Below are positions 63,171 through 64,000 of a stretch of 64,000 nucleotides of DNA, one piece after another. The first letter of the stretch is position 1; each line of letters begins with the position of its first letter. Source of the DNA: the human T2T-CHM13v2.0 reference genome, Homo sapiens. Under the pieces are notes generated by a model that worked only from the letters and a program-made list of their open reading frames with translations, ran no database searches and had not been told where the DNA came from. The stretch lies in NCBI RefSeq assembly GCF_009914755.1, contig NC_060947.1; one strand, 5' to 3'. Position numbers and translations under genes: made by a program.

Positions 63171-64000
63171 TTGGTTTCAAGCCCCACCTCCATTCATTAC
63201 ATTACTTCCATTATGATGATCATAACTCCACTAAAAGGCTCTGAATATCTTGCAAAGTGGCATTTTGTAGTGTTTAGACCTACTGATGCAAGAGTACCCT
63301 CTGAAGCTTCAATGTCTTATCTGTCTCTCTTATGGTTCCTGTTGTTCTTGAACTTCTAATTATTTGGGAGTTAACTTAATTCTGCTGCACTCCATACCCA
63401 GGCTAGGAGTAGGACACAGACTGTCTCTACTCTTTTTATTCACTACAAGGAGGAGCATATAGTCCCTAACAAGTGGCTTTGTCTTATTTCTTGGGAATAC
63501 AATATGTCTGCAAATCTAAGATGCTGACAATGCCACCTGGAAAGAAGAATCAAGTGCTTAATGCAGACAGTAAGGACTGGAGGTGGTTAGAGTTGGACAA
63601 AATCATGAGGTTGTTATAAAAATCTTCCAGGAATGAAGGAGTTTTCAGTTCAGCCTTAAAGGATGATGAAAATTCAGATAAGATAGGAGAAGAAGGGAGG
63701 GGCCTCCACTGGTAGAAATGGGGAAATGACATAAGAAAAGGTCTGGAGGTAGAAGTGGTGATGCATTTACACTTGCTGGGAACATTGTAGCAACCAGCCA
63801 TGTCTAGCAAATCTACTACTCAGAGTTCCATTGACCTCCACAACCAGAGAGCAAGCTCATGGCTATTCCATTGAGTTTTTTCTAACTTGGGGTGGGGGGA
63901 ATAACTGATTAAGAGACAGGAAAGTTTGTTTTATGTTGATATATGTGGTCATTTTCTTTCAGCTTTATGTCAAGGTTTGTAACTTTAAAGGTTCACACAC

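Overview
Primate (very likely human) genomic DNA, not prokaryotic, so most entries in the ORF track are artefacts or decayed retroelement frames. The only host gene I can support is the 3' end of hephaestin (HEPH, X-linked multicopper ferroxidase) on the + strand: six coding exons (16677-16783, 17746-17971, 20481-20620, 21742-21904, 25285-25329, 28081-28313) that splice in frame through GT-AG sites, then a 3' UTR with an ATTAAA signal at 29004. The rest is intron and downstream intergenic DNA packed with nested L1, L2, Alu, MIR, MaLR, MER9 and DNA-transposon remnants, plus an L1-mobilised HERV-W processed copy. I found no convincing new functional system. The best leads are: an unassigned 1.4 kb insert with two decayed KH-like frames (45871-47325); an L1 insertion made of a non-L1 polyadenylated tag plus an inverted L1 piece (6528-7513); a HERV-W retrocopy whose poly(A) lies 18 nt after the LTR TATA box; locally templated inverted duplications; and splice-level flexibility in the HEPH stalk. 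All gene and repeat names come from recognising sequence by eye. Subfamily calls and the edges of old repeats are approximate.
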